Assembly (NCBI GenBank): GCA_030295235.1
Contig: AP026128.1
Coordinates: 1,240,001 to 1,304,000 of the forward strand
Source of the DNA: Fistulifera solaris
Lineage: Eukaryota
Length of the DNA stretch: 64,000 nucleotides
Direction of reading: 5' to 3'
The position numbers and the translations under genes are program-made. This document shows positions 46,582 through 57,780 of this stretch, in pieces. The first letter of the stretch is position 1; the number at the start of each line of letters is the position of its first letter. The notes below the pieces were generated by a model that was not told where the DNA came from, searched no databases, and saw only the letters and a list, made by a program, of their open reading frames with translations.

Positions 46582-49276
46582 ATGACGAGCGCAGTAATTC
46601 TCCAGCTCTCCCTACGGATCAAGCTGTGCTCGAGTATCTGCAACGGAAGGGGCTGGGGACAGCCGCTTTAGAGTTATCAAATCTGTTGAAGAAGGAAAAA
46701 CCTAAAGATACACGCGCGGAACTGGAGGAAGAAGATTATATATTTCGAAATCAGCGAACGCTGTTGGCAAAAGTGAGTGTTACCGTAAGAGCTCGGACTT
46801 ATTTTGTGATTCTTTTCAATACTACAAGTGCATTGGCTAATGTTTTCAAAACGATGTAGTCCACAGGAGGAAGTTATGGAAGCGATCGTGATTCCGCGTG
46901 GCCGCTTGTACAGTGGGGACTTCCAGAAAAGGATGTCGACGGCGGCATAGGCGCAGAGGAAGCCCGGACGTATCTGCGAAGCTTTACGGAACTACAATTG
47001 TGGGTACTGAGCCTGCCGGATCATGATGCAGCCGGGGTTATCACTCAAGCGAATCCGCTGGAACGAGCACGCGCATTGCTGCAAGGAGGTGATAAAGAGC
47101 AGTCACCACCTTCGGTAGCTTCTCTCATGGAAGGATTGGTCAAAAGAAAGAGCCCAAAGGTGGAGTTGCCGATTCGTCTTCTCATATGACGACTTACAAT
47201 TTACCCCCATCAGCGAAAGCAGAGTTACTTTCTGTTACTTTTGCTCTGTTGGTTCACACGTATTGCGAATTACTGGAAGTTGGCATGGAACAAACAGCTC
47301 ATGGTTTGCGCGACGCCTTTCAGCCCATCTATTTGCCCCATTATGAGGCCGAGTTCCGTGATTTAAACAATTGTACTACGACAGAAGACGCAATGCGACT
47401 CAATGCGCACAATAGCCAGCATATGGAAGCTGTTAACACTTTGAAAGCGATATCGGTGCAGGTATCTTCGTATCAGTTGCAACGAGAACAAGCGCAGATG
47501 GCGCTGCAACAGCAGTCATCGAATGATCCGAATACTGCAGCCAAGTTACAGCTTCTGATCCAAGAAATCGACAAGAAAATTTCTATTTTACGTACTAAGT
47601 ACCAGGAGCTGAGTCAACGTGCGACGATGGCATTCGCGAAAATGCACGACTTGCCTTTTCTGCGTCGAGCACGTGCTGTGCGCTGGAGATTAGCGCTTAG
47701 TGCGCAGACATATGGACTTTTGGTTTCCTTTTTGAAACCCTTTCTTCCGATGAGCACTTTACTGCAGACGAAATGTGAAATTCATGTGGAACGACGAGAT
47801 CCGTTACCGTTCACCCCTGGTATAGTGTTTGCAGGCTTCGAAAAGGAGAGCGATGATACCGATAAACCATCTTTCTTGCATAGCCTGGATATCGCTTGGG
47901 CCGCCCCATCTCGAGCGACCGGCGCTTCAAACGAAAAGCTACCTTTCCCGAAATACGACTTGGACAAGCAATATCCAAACGAGGAAGAAGCTGCTCGCCA
48001 AAAGCAGCTGGTCGAATACAATCGTTCTTTGCTCAGTAACGGCTTTCGTAGATTAGAAGCTTTAGAACGCAAGCGCAACTACGAGAAAATGGAGGGGGAT
48101 GCTGTCGAAGCTGTGTCGCACATGCATAAGCCTATCTGTGATCCGCTCAAACCCTCTGTATTAATGACAACCCTTTCCAGTTCCGTTGGCGCGAAAGTCG
48201 TAAGTTTCTCTGCGTCATCAGCAACACGAGATATTGCGTCGATTTGGGACGAACCAGGACTTGGGGTGTGTTGCATGAAGCAAGGGAACAACTGGCTTGC
48301 TGCTGGCTGCGATGATTCCGCCGTTCGTATCTTCGATCTCTCTAAAAGAAATCTGACGACGGAACCGGTTTCCGTACTGCTGGGACACAAGAACGGGTTC
48401 CCTGTCTTTGATGTTGATTGGAATGGGAACGCGTTGCTAAGTGCGGGTGGTGATGGTTCTATTCGCTTATGGGATCCCTCCTTGACGGGTCCTTATGGAG
48501 CTACAGACACTTCTACTTCTTCTAAAGCAGCAAAGTTGGTCCCTGGTGTACGCACTGAAACCGCTTCATTCCCTAATGGCGCCGCTTTGGCAGTTTACCG
48601 CGGCCATCTTTCCCCTGTATGGAGTGTTGCGTGGAGCCCTGCCGGATACTACTTCGCTTCGGCTGGTGCTGACGCTACGGCTCGAATTTGGGTGACCGAT
48701 CGGCCGACTCCTGTGCGCTTGCTGGTGGGGCACACCTCGTCAAACGTCAACTGCGTAACATGGCATCCAAATGGAAATTACGTTCTTACCGCGGGAGATG
48801 ACGGCACATGCCGATTATGGGATGTACATTCAGGTCGGACGGTCCGATTGTTGACGGGCGCGAAGACGAGTGTGAAGCAGTGCTTGATAAGTCCAAATGG
48901 GAGATATGCTTTCGCAGCCGACTATTCCGGAGCTTTGACGCAGTGGGACCTCGCGCAAGGGCAGGTGATTCGATCATGGACTCAAGGTAGCACTAGCAGT
49001 GGTTCCAATAATAGCACTAGTAGAGCCGTCCAAGCCATGGCGATTGATGCATCCTGCCGGTCCTTGGCCGTCGCAGGTGATGACTTTACGGTGCGATTGT
49101 GGGATTTGTCGAATGAAAAGTCGTCGGAGCCAGCTTTGTCGATACCATGCCAGCGATCGATGATAATGGATCTTCAATACACGAGCAGAAATCTGTTGCT
49201 TGCCGCTGGCAAAGTTGTAACGCCAGTTCCTGTATCCAGCAGCTTCTACAAAAAGAAAAAGGAAATGCTTCAGTGA
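46582..49276 (+). CDS. TAF5: TFIID subunit 5-like WD40 protein; start approximate
   Basis: LisH-like DQAVLEYLQRKGL; intron 46773-46859; NTD2-like YLRSFTELQLWV and KAELLSVTFALLVHTYCELL; WD40 repeats GHLSPVWSVAWSPAGYYFASAGADATARIW and VTWHPNGNYVLT. Frameshift near 47150-47185. Confidence 0.85.
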
Positions 49277-49375
49277 AGCAGCTTTTGTCTTAATGTTACA
49301 GTTCTATTCGCCTCCCAATTATCCGTCTACTGTATGAAATTGTATGATCTATTGCGCCTGTTTTGAAATTATAAT

Positions 49376-50503
49376 CTAAGGAAATTCCACGGAGGTTTCA
49401 GTTCCAACGTGCTCCTGAATTGCAATTTGTAGAAGCTTTTGGACTGTTTCTCTACCGGGCGGAACTGCAATCTTGGCAATTGTTTTGGCGTTTTGACAGA
49501 ATGTAGCGACGCCGACAACTTGGTGACCGCGTCTCACAATGAACTGAATAGGGGTATCCGCGGCTGCCTTTTCGACGGAATACAAAGCTTCAAGAGCTTG
49601 AGTTTGTTCTCGAATATACGGTTCCATTTCTTCCTCATTCAATATGACGGCCACTGTTGTTTCTGCAACGTCGGGGATCAAGTAAGACCAACCATCTTTG
49701 AGTGTTCCGCCACTCCATAGTTTGGCGTCTGGAATATGTGGCACAACATTTTGTTGCAGCACCAAGAACCTCCCGTACCCAAAGTATTCTAAATGTGTCA
49801 TGGCCGTATTGGAATGAACAAAAGAGCTGCGATGCGTTGTACCAGTTCTTTCTGTGGCGTGCCCGTAACTGGCTACAATCCGCTTCAACACCAGACTCAT
49901 AAAGTCCCCATGACCGACGCAAGCAATCAGCGCATTCGCCGTCTTTTCCTTGTCATGATCCATCAGAGCCAATTGCTCATCTAAATAATTACAAAACCAC
50001 ATGTAAAATCGAGTCGCGCGTCCTTCTGAGCTTTCCCTTGTTTCTGGACCCTTCTCATTGCAATACCATCCTCGATTCATATCAGGAAATCCTGTAAAAT
50101 CAACGTTATCATGCTGCAAATATTCCTTTATCTCCGACGGTTTCATTCCTTCCATCGGTTGATCCTTGAGATGACATCCTTCCGATTCAAAATACAATCC
50201 GTGTACTAAGACAGGACACGTCGGATGATTTTTCAAAATGGGTCGAATTGTCGTCAAAGTTCGCTTCATCGGACTCGTCAGTATTTGCGTCGGCCGCAAA
50301 TATTCTCCTAGCAACTCCGCTTGTTGATGACCCAGATCACTGAGTCCGGGATCAGCGAGTCGATTAGAATCGACGTACGCTTGACGATTCGCCGATGCCG
50401 GCAATTGACGTGCTTCGCGATAAACTTGATTGTTGTACGATTCCGCATGTCGAATTAAGCGAATACTAAGACTCGGCCGATAAAATTCGTTTGTTAGTGT
50501 CAT
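49376..50503 (-). CDS. Histidine phosphatase (phosphoglycerate mutase-like) family protein
   Basis: LIRHAES, DPGLSDLGHQQA, TSPMKRT, CVGHGDF, HSNTAMT. Confidence 0.85.
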   Translation of the reverse strand: MTLTNEFYRPSLSIRLIRHAESYNNQVYREARQLPASANRQAYVDSNRLADPGLSDLGHQQAELLGEYLRPTQILTSPMKRTLTTIRPILKNHPTCPVLVHGLYFESEGCHLKDQPMEGMKPSEIKEYLQHDNVDFTGFPDMNRGWYCNEKGPETRESSEGRATRFYMWFCNYLDEQLALMDHDKEKTANALIACVGHGDFMSLVLKRIVASYGHATERTGTTHRSSFVHSNTAMTHLEYFGYGRFLVLQQNVVPHIPDAKLWSGGTLKDGWSYLIPDVAETTVAVILNEEEMEPYIREQTQALEALYSVEKAAADTPIQFIVRRGHQVVGVATFCQNAKTIAKIAVPPGRETVQKLLQIAIQEHVGTETSVEFP

Positions 50504-51007
50504 GATTTAGTCTGTTTCCTTTTTTTCTTTGCTGTGATTTCTCGAATATTTCGCTTTACTTATTCTCTTTTCGATGCCTCGTTGCTCGTTGTTCTTTTGT
50601 GAGGTGCAACGAAAGGCATGGATGCGATGGACGCTTGCAGCGTCTCGCGTCATTCGCTCGAATGTGACGTGTTGCTCTTTTCGTTGCGTTGTCTCATCAA
50701 GAATGTACAATACGGTACTCACAACGTTCCAAAACGTTACTGAATTGTTATTCACCCAAAGGGTACTGGAAGGTTCGGGAAAAAGTGTACACTCACGTAG
50801 ACTCCCGTAGAAAAATGTACCAAGCAGAGGTGCGTTCCCGTGTCTCCCTGTGGCACAAACTGTTGAGTTGAGTCACTGGTTTTAGTCGTGTCAAGTACGG
50901 AGTATAGACTAAAACGACCATGAAAACGAAAGAGACAAGAAAGATTCGGCACGGATTTATAAGGTTGAAACATAAGATTGTTGACAAAACATGTAAATTG
51001 CCCGTCG

Positions 51008-52497
51008 TTAACCCAAGTCTTTTCGCCATAGAATAATCTCTTGTTGCTTGAAATAGCGTCGGTCATCTTCATCCACCAACACCAAATTCAAAAAGTAGCG
51101 TACCGAAAAACGATTGTTGACCGCCGTGTAGGTTGGAGTAAGATCGGCTGGGATACCTTTCAAGCACAACTTGACCGGAATTACTTCTCCCTTGACCGGT
51201 GCACCATCCATGATTTCATACTTCACGACAGTCTGCGTTTCGGTGTATATATTTGCACCCGCATCCGTATTGTTGGTTTCTTGCGCCGCCATGGCTACTC
51301 CTTCTCCACTCGTTTCTCGTCGTAACACTGCTAGTTCCATGTGTTTGATTTTTGATCCGCACTAACAAAAGTGAATTTTCCCGGTAATGGTATCGGCCGT
51401 GTGATAGTGTCTCCGGTCGTATTCAAATTCAATGTGCAAGCACTCTTCTATGCCCACTTCCATTTTAATGGGTTCATCCTGAGGAGGCGCTTGACCCAGC
51501 AATTGGACCCACACGTCGTGTTCGGCCGTCAGAGGCGGCAAAAATTTGCGTTCGATAGCCACTCGAACAATGTACCGCACGGCCACATTTCGACCGCGGT
51601 AACTTTCGAGTTCCTTGTCCATATTACGAAAGGCAAAGGGTACTACTGTTTCAGGTTGATACAAGACACCAGGAGGGGCTAGTTCTTTGGAGAGACTCGT
51701 GAAATCGTAATGGGGACGTCCTTCATGAATCCCCATCGTCATGTCAATACGACCAATGAATTGCACTTTGATTCCCAAATGCTCAAACTTCTTTTGTGAC
51801 GAAGGCAGCCGTAGCACAATTTGACCGGTGATATCGTCGGTCGCATTGTATGCATAGACAATGTCTTTGTTGTACGGAGGCAAGGAGGAGACGGCGTTGC
51901 CTCCGTATGTCGTTTGACCATACATAGAACTGCTGGCTCCGTACTGCGCACTCATAGTTTGCGAGGAGGACATACCTCCATACTGTTGCGAAAGGGGCGG
52001 ATTCATTCCTCCATACGGCGAGGTTGTTGGTGGATAGGCTGGATTCGCGTACGGTGATGACTGCGGCGGATTCATTACAGGCTGTTCTGTTTGCTGTTGA
52101 GGCATCACCGGGGGAGCGTTGGCGTAGTTTCTACCATTGTTGTTTATTGTACTATTGTTGATCGTATTTTCCGGAGGAGGAAGATTGTTATTCACTTGCA
52201 ATTGATCCCCTACCGGATGTTTCACTCTCCAAAACGGATTTCGATGCAAACGCCAGGAGGGAGTATGATCTAATATGACTTGTTTCGGATCTAATCGAAT
52301 CTCTATTTTGACCGCTCCGCTGCCCGTCAAAGCTCCCAGTAACGAACCCTGTATAATATCAGTTGAAAGTATTAGGGGGACGGGGGAGAACAGAAAACAA
52401 TCGTAGAACGAGGAGGAGATGAGACAGTGCTGTTAGCGACTAAACTAGACATAAGCTACCGAACGCGATACCATTTTCTTTTACGTACCACATCCAT
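51008..52497 (-). CDS. VPS26: Retromer subunit VPS26, 2 exons with a 1-base frameshift
   Basis: EHLGIKVQFIG, ESYRGRNV, IKMEVGIEECLHIEFEY, KYEIMDGAPVKGEVIP, YFLNLVLVDEDDRRYFKQQEI. Micro-exon MDV (52489-52497) with intron 52349-52488. One T is missing at ~51367 (IHF/LLVRIK). Confidence 0.93.
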
Positions 52498-53011
52498 TTT
52501 TACCTATTTATGTAATTTAATTATCAACAGAAGGACAAGTTGATAGAAAACACTAAAACACAAGCAATAAAGGGTCAATTGCAAAACACAATGGTGGCAA
52601 CAGCGAAAGATTTGCCTTCCTGGCGTCGCTACGGGACGGAACTATTGAGCAAAAATAACGTAGACGTCGCATCGCGCGTCAAGGATTATTCATGTCATGT
52701 CTCGTGTCTCATTCCAGTCGAGAGTTAAGATTTTCGAACTACGGAGTAATAGAGAACTCAGCCGTTTCAATCAAAGTTCAGTTAACGTCAGTCCTTTTTC
52801 TTGTATAACCCAGCTCAAATCGCTTAACTCGATTTGTCTAACAATCGTTTTGATTATTAAAAGGGAGATCTATATTCCTTAGCATAAAGCTATTTTCATT
52901 ACGGAGTACTATTATCCATCACTAAGCCAAAGCAGATCACTGTAGTCCTCTTATTTCTCACCCATTGCATTCGGCTTCTCCAAGGGATCGCCTTGCAAAA
53001 GTCGCTTCAAG

Positions 53012-53975
53012 TTACAGTTCGCATTGGGAACAGTATTCATTGCCGCCGTGGCTGGCTTGCACAGCACGATCGACTCCGGGCAATTCCCAGTCCACCACCC
53101 GGTCCGAAGGCATGGAGGGCTGCACGGAAGCAAAGAGCTGCGGTGTGGCATCCGGTCGCGGTCGTTTGCGATTCGACCGTGCCGCGTGCAATTCGGCCGC
53201 CGCCTTGGCCAAGTGCTCCATCATGGCACTATCTAATTCAATGTTTTGCGGTAACATGGAAGCCAGTTGTCGTGCGGCGGCTGTTTTCGGTGTCGCATTG
53301 ATCACGTCTTGCTGATTCTTTGGACGGGTATCGATTGAGCTGGAAGGAGAGAACATGAAGGAGTTGGGGGCGGAATCAAGCATTTGACTCATATCCGAAG
53401 TCGTGTCTTGATGTTCGAGCTCCTGTGTTACAGTTATGAGTTTTGCTGGTGCATCGGATTTAAGCTTTGACGAATCATCTTTGTGCAGTGCGGGCTTTTT
53501 CGGTACAGACTCTTGAATAGGACCAAAATCGAGTTGCTTCGGTAATGTCGTCGTTAATTCCTTCGCGGGTTTGGCGGACACAGACGCCGTACGAGCATCC
53601 GTAGTTTCCTTGGCTGTCAACGACGAAGTGTTCTGATAAGCTTTATCGAAACGCTTTCCTAGACCGACTAATCGAGCGTGCAGAAGTAACAAATACGTAG
53701 AAGCCATTTGCAAACGCCCCAGTTGTTGTGCTTCCGCAGCTGCTTGACACAAATTATCCGCTTCATCCAAAATGCTGTTGAAAGCATTTTGTTGAGTTAG
53801 CTTCGGTCGTTTGTGTTATAGTAGATTTGTCATTGTAGTTCTTGGGGCGTTTTATGCGAATGTAAGGACGTTTCGTGGGAGACGCTGTGGACGGCGACGA
53901 TGTAGTCGTCGTTGTGGTTGATTTCGGTGTTGTAACTTTGGCGGGTTGAAAGAATGGATTGTTCGCGGACGGCAT
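53012..53975 (-). CDS. Hypothetical protein, frameshifted near 53770
   Basis: Abutting ORFs 53763-53975 and 53012-53770; helical segment ASTYLLLLHARLVGLGKRFDK. Confidence 0.55.
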
Positions 53976-54391
53976 CTTTTATTAGCAACGCAAAGAGTTA
54001 TTAGAATAAGATAAAATAAGAAGTACCTGGGTAGCGCTTTTCTTTGAAAGCTTTTGCTGATCATGACGAAAAATGCGCGTCAATGTAAATACACGCAACG
54101 TCGCACCGCAAAAAATAATGTGTTCAGCGCTGTCGGATCCAAAGTCTTCGTCTCGTATACTAAGGTTAGAGATAAAAGGGGTCTATTGGACAAAGTGTAG
54201 ACGACTTTTTTCTAGACTGGACTTCAGTCATGAATCATGAATAATCATCGTAAAGCACGTTTGTCTATAGGTCTCTAGGTCTATGTTCGCTAGTGTTCTA
54301 CCGTTCTACCATTTTATGAAGCTTATTTTTACTTTACTATAGCTAGACTAACAGAACAAAAGGTCAATATCCATGAAGCATCACGCTTTCA

Positions 54392-55260
54392 TCAAATGAC
54401 ATACGTGCAAGCATAACAGGACACACCTCCGGAACCATCCGCGCTGGCTGGAGTCCCGACACCAACTTTTGATGATACACCTGGTGATGTATTGGTTGGA
54501 CAAAGGGGCGCTACGGTAGATTGGGATTGAGTATTATCAAAGTAGATCTCGCAATAGCCCCATGTTGTGCTCGCCCAACCCACCGCTTTGCTTGTTGTGG
54601 CAGCTGCTTCACACTCGATTGCCGAAAGATTGCCGAAACAGTAATCATATTTGGCCCCGCTTGCACTGAGACAATATCCAGGTTCCTCGATTTGTGTATT
54701 GCATTTCTTTGGTACCTTCTGACAAGTGTAACAGTAGACACCGAGATTTCCATCACCTTCTCTAGGGAATCCAGTTCCAGTATTCAATCCATCGTTCGGA
54801 GCAAATTTAGGAGGACATAAGGAAGCTGGTTGGTTTTTGGAATCTTTCTCGTCAAAATATATTTCACAATATCCCTCCGCATTTCTAGACCATCCGACTG
54901 CGGCTTTACTTGCTTCCGCTAGTTCTCGACATTGGCGTTCTGTTGCAGTACCATAACAATAATCAAACTCTTTGCTAGATCCGTCTCGGCAGTATCCTTG
55001 CACATTGGACAACCTTATTTTACAATCTTTCGCTTCATTGTCTTTATTGACGGGTGGGTCTCCATTGGATCGGGAGGGAACTGAACATGTTACTTGCAGA
55101 TGGCGCTCAAACAATCCAGTGGATATTACCGCTGGCGTCCATAAGACTGTCGAATATAAACAAAGTGAGAAGTGGGGGTAAGTTAAGTGTACATCTGCAA
55201 TGAAAGCATTAAAATCAACTCACGGAAGCTAGACAAGCAACAAATGCCATTCGTTCTCAT
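54392..55260 (-). CDS. Secreted Cys-rich protein with two tandem ~85-aa six-Cys domains, 2 exons
   Basis: ATG at 55260; intron 55147-55223 gives the signal peptide MRTNGICCLSSFLLWTPAVIS, then RHL. Two copies of GYC..YC..C..AVGW..GYCEIYFD..LCP..DG..GV.CY.C. Confidence 0.8.
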
Positions 55261-55985
55261 GATAGTATGCTGGGTTGCGTAGAAGCGGGGCAATGAAAGG
55301 ATCAAATAAATGGGGGTACAAGTAGCTGTTACTGGTTGACAAAATCGCGAGGCCAGGCCGCAATTCAGACGAAATAATGGTTGTTCACTTTTTCAGGTGT
55401 CAAGTGTCAAGTCCGTCTGTGTCCATCTCCCAAGAGCCACGAGCCACGAGCCACGAGAGCAGAAATTGAAAGTTGAGACGTTGAAATCTTGGAATGGAAA
55501 ATTCATCGGCGAAGTAATGACATAGGGCATAAGGATCTTAGTTGAATCGTCTAAGTACAAGTAGTATACGGGCATAATAGGGCATAGGCCCAATAAACTT
55601 TTCACGACCAAAAATGAGACGAAGGACAAATGACAAAGGGTAAAGTACAAAGTGTGTGTGGATTGTGGTCTGCGGTACAGTAGTCTGTAGTTTCAATAAT
55701 TATTACGGAGCCTTCGAAGGTTTTCGTTTGCTAGGGCGAGTAGCGAGCCTCGACTAAACTCTTGTTAGACTGAAGAGACAATAAATGTGTCTTTTAAAGC
55801 TTTGCTTCCCGCCAATTACCAAGGGGACGAGTGCACGCCTAAGCGAAAATAAGTCCTCGCGATGTTCGCGTTAGCAAACTCCCACGCTGTGCACAAAGCT
55901 TAGTCTCAATTATTAGCTACAGTAGTATTCACAAGAAATATGCCGGTTTCCAAACAACACTTAATGAATTAGCTCGCAAACCCAT

Positions 55986-57137
55986 TCAAACCCAGTTTCG
56001 GGGGTTCTTGCATGCATCGAGAAAGTCGGCTTCCGGTGATCCTGGTTCCGGATGATGATCATACTCCCATCGAGCAGTCTCCGGAAGGCTCATTAAAATA
56101 CTTTCCGTGCGACCACCAGTCTTGAGTCCAAAAATAGTCCCACGATCGTAAACGAGATTGAACTCAGCGTATCGTCCTCGACGTAGTAATTGCCATCGTT
56201 TCTGCTCATCTGTAAACTCGTCATTCTTGTGCTTTTCAATGATAGGTCCGTAGGCAGCGACAACATTGTTGACAGCGTCCTTGCAAAACTCAAAGATTTC
56301 TTCCGGGTCGCGGTCATTCAGATCATCAAAGAAGATACCACCAAGGCCGCGGCGTTCCCCTCGATGCGGAATGAGAAAATATTCGTCCGCCCACTTTTTG
56401 AACTTAGGATAGTATTCAGGGTCATGTCGATCGCAGACTTCCTTCAAGGTGCCATGGAAGTGTTTCATATCGTCAACATCAATGTAGCTCGGCGTGATAT
56501 CGGTCCCACCACCAAACCACCAATTGTCGCTGGTTTGAAAGATACGATAATTGAAATGCATCGTCGGGCAGTGAGGGTTGCGTGGGTGCATGACGCAGCT
56601 CAAGCCACAGGCCGCAAACGGCACCTTATCCCCTTTACCCGCCGGATTGCCTCGTTCCGTCGCCGCTTGCAGTGCCGCCTGCGGCATCGTACCATGTACG
56701 ACACTAAGATTCACACCCGCCTTCTCCCAGACCTTCCCGTCTTTCAAAACCATACTCTTGCCGCCGCCCCCTGTTTCTCGTTCCCACGTGTCTTCCTGAA
56801 AGGTGGCGCCGCCATCAATTTCGGCAATGGCCTTGGTAATGTCGAGTTGCGCTTGGCGCAACATGACTTCCATCTTTTGATCATGTCGCGGTTGCCACTT
56901 TCAAAGTCTTCAATCAACCAACGAGGTTGCTGATCCTATCGGAAGTAAAAGAAAACTGTGAGAAGGGAATGGAAAGTAAAAATTGGTTAACGAGATTGTG
57001 CTTACCGTCAGTGTATTCGCAACCGTGTCTTCGGATGTGACTCTGACCGCAGGAAGGATGAGCCGACTTTGATGCTGCTTGGGAGCAAAAGCTTGAGCCG
57101 TCACCACAAGGCTTGCAAACGCTGTGATCAATTTCAT
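55986..57137 (-). CDS. hemF: Oxygen-dependent coproporphyrinogen III oxidase, plastid-targeted
   Basis: [19 protein letters not shown] presequence; intron 56936-57005; [45 protein letters not shown]. One A is missing at ~56876. Confidence 0.95.
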
Positions 57138-57780
57138 AGTAACAATAGAAGTTGTCAATATTCCTGGGTTACAATCGTAGCTTTACTCAGCACTCCGCTC
57201 GACGAAAGCGGGAGAATAAAAAATGAGACTTTGGAAGGGTTCATTTGCATGAAAAGAAAATGCCGATGCAAGCTTTTGAATCCGAATTGTTGAAGGGGTA
57301 TCTTCTTGGAAACAAGGAGAAGCAACAAAGCTTCAAATGCGAACTCATTTTTGTGGATGCAATGAATAAAGTGTCGGCGGCCTAAAATGCGAACGCAATA
57401 CGCATGCTGCAAAATACGTGATAATGAAGTTTTGCGAAAAAGCAGTTCACCGCGTTCACCCCGCGCTGCGTGAAAGTCCTGTAGCCATTTCGAGAAAATT
57501 CCAGGTTCCGGATGCCCTGGAACGAACTCGATTTATTTTCATTCGCGGTCGTGGTCATTGTACTTCAGTCGCTATACAAAGTTAAATGACTCAAACATAC
57601 ACTCCGAGGAAAGACTTCTCGGAAAGATTTCGGTTGGGCTTCGAAATTTGACCCAATCAAATATCACAAGCTGGCAAGACTGACGAATGGGACTGGGGAC
57701 TGAAAAAGCAGCTGTGCCCCGACACGCGACTGTGAATCAAAGAGTAGACGTATGTTCTTTGAACGAAAATAAGCGGCCTT

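Noticed and set aside
56190..56933. 247-aa antisense ORF over hemF, and similar antisense ORFs over fabD and atlastin
   Set aside because: Shadow ORFs on the opposite strand of well-supported genes.
57489..57501. Canonical heat-shock element TTCnnGAAnnTTC between hemF and GH81
   Set aside because: A single 9-base-specified match is expected by chance at about this frequency in 64 kb.
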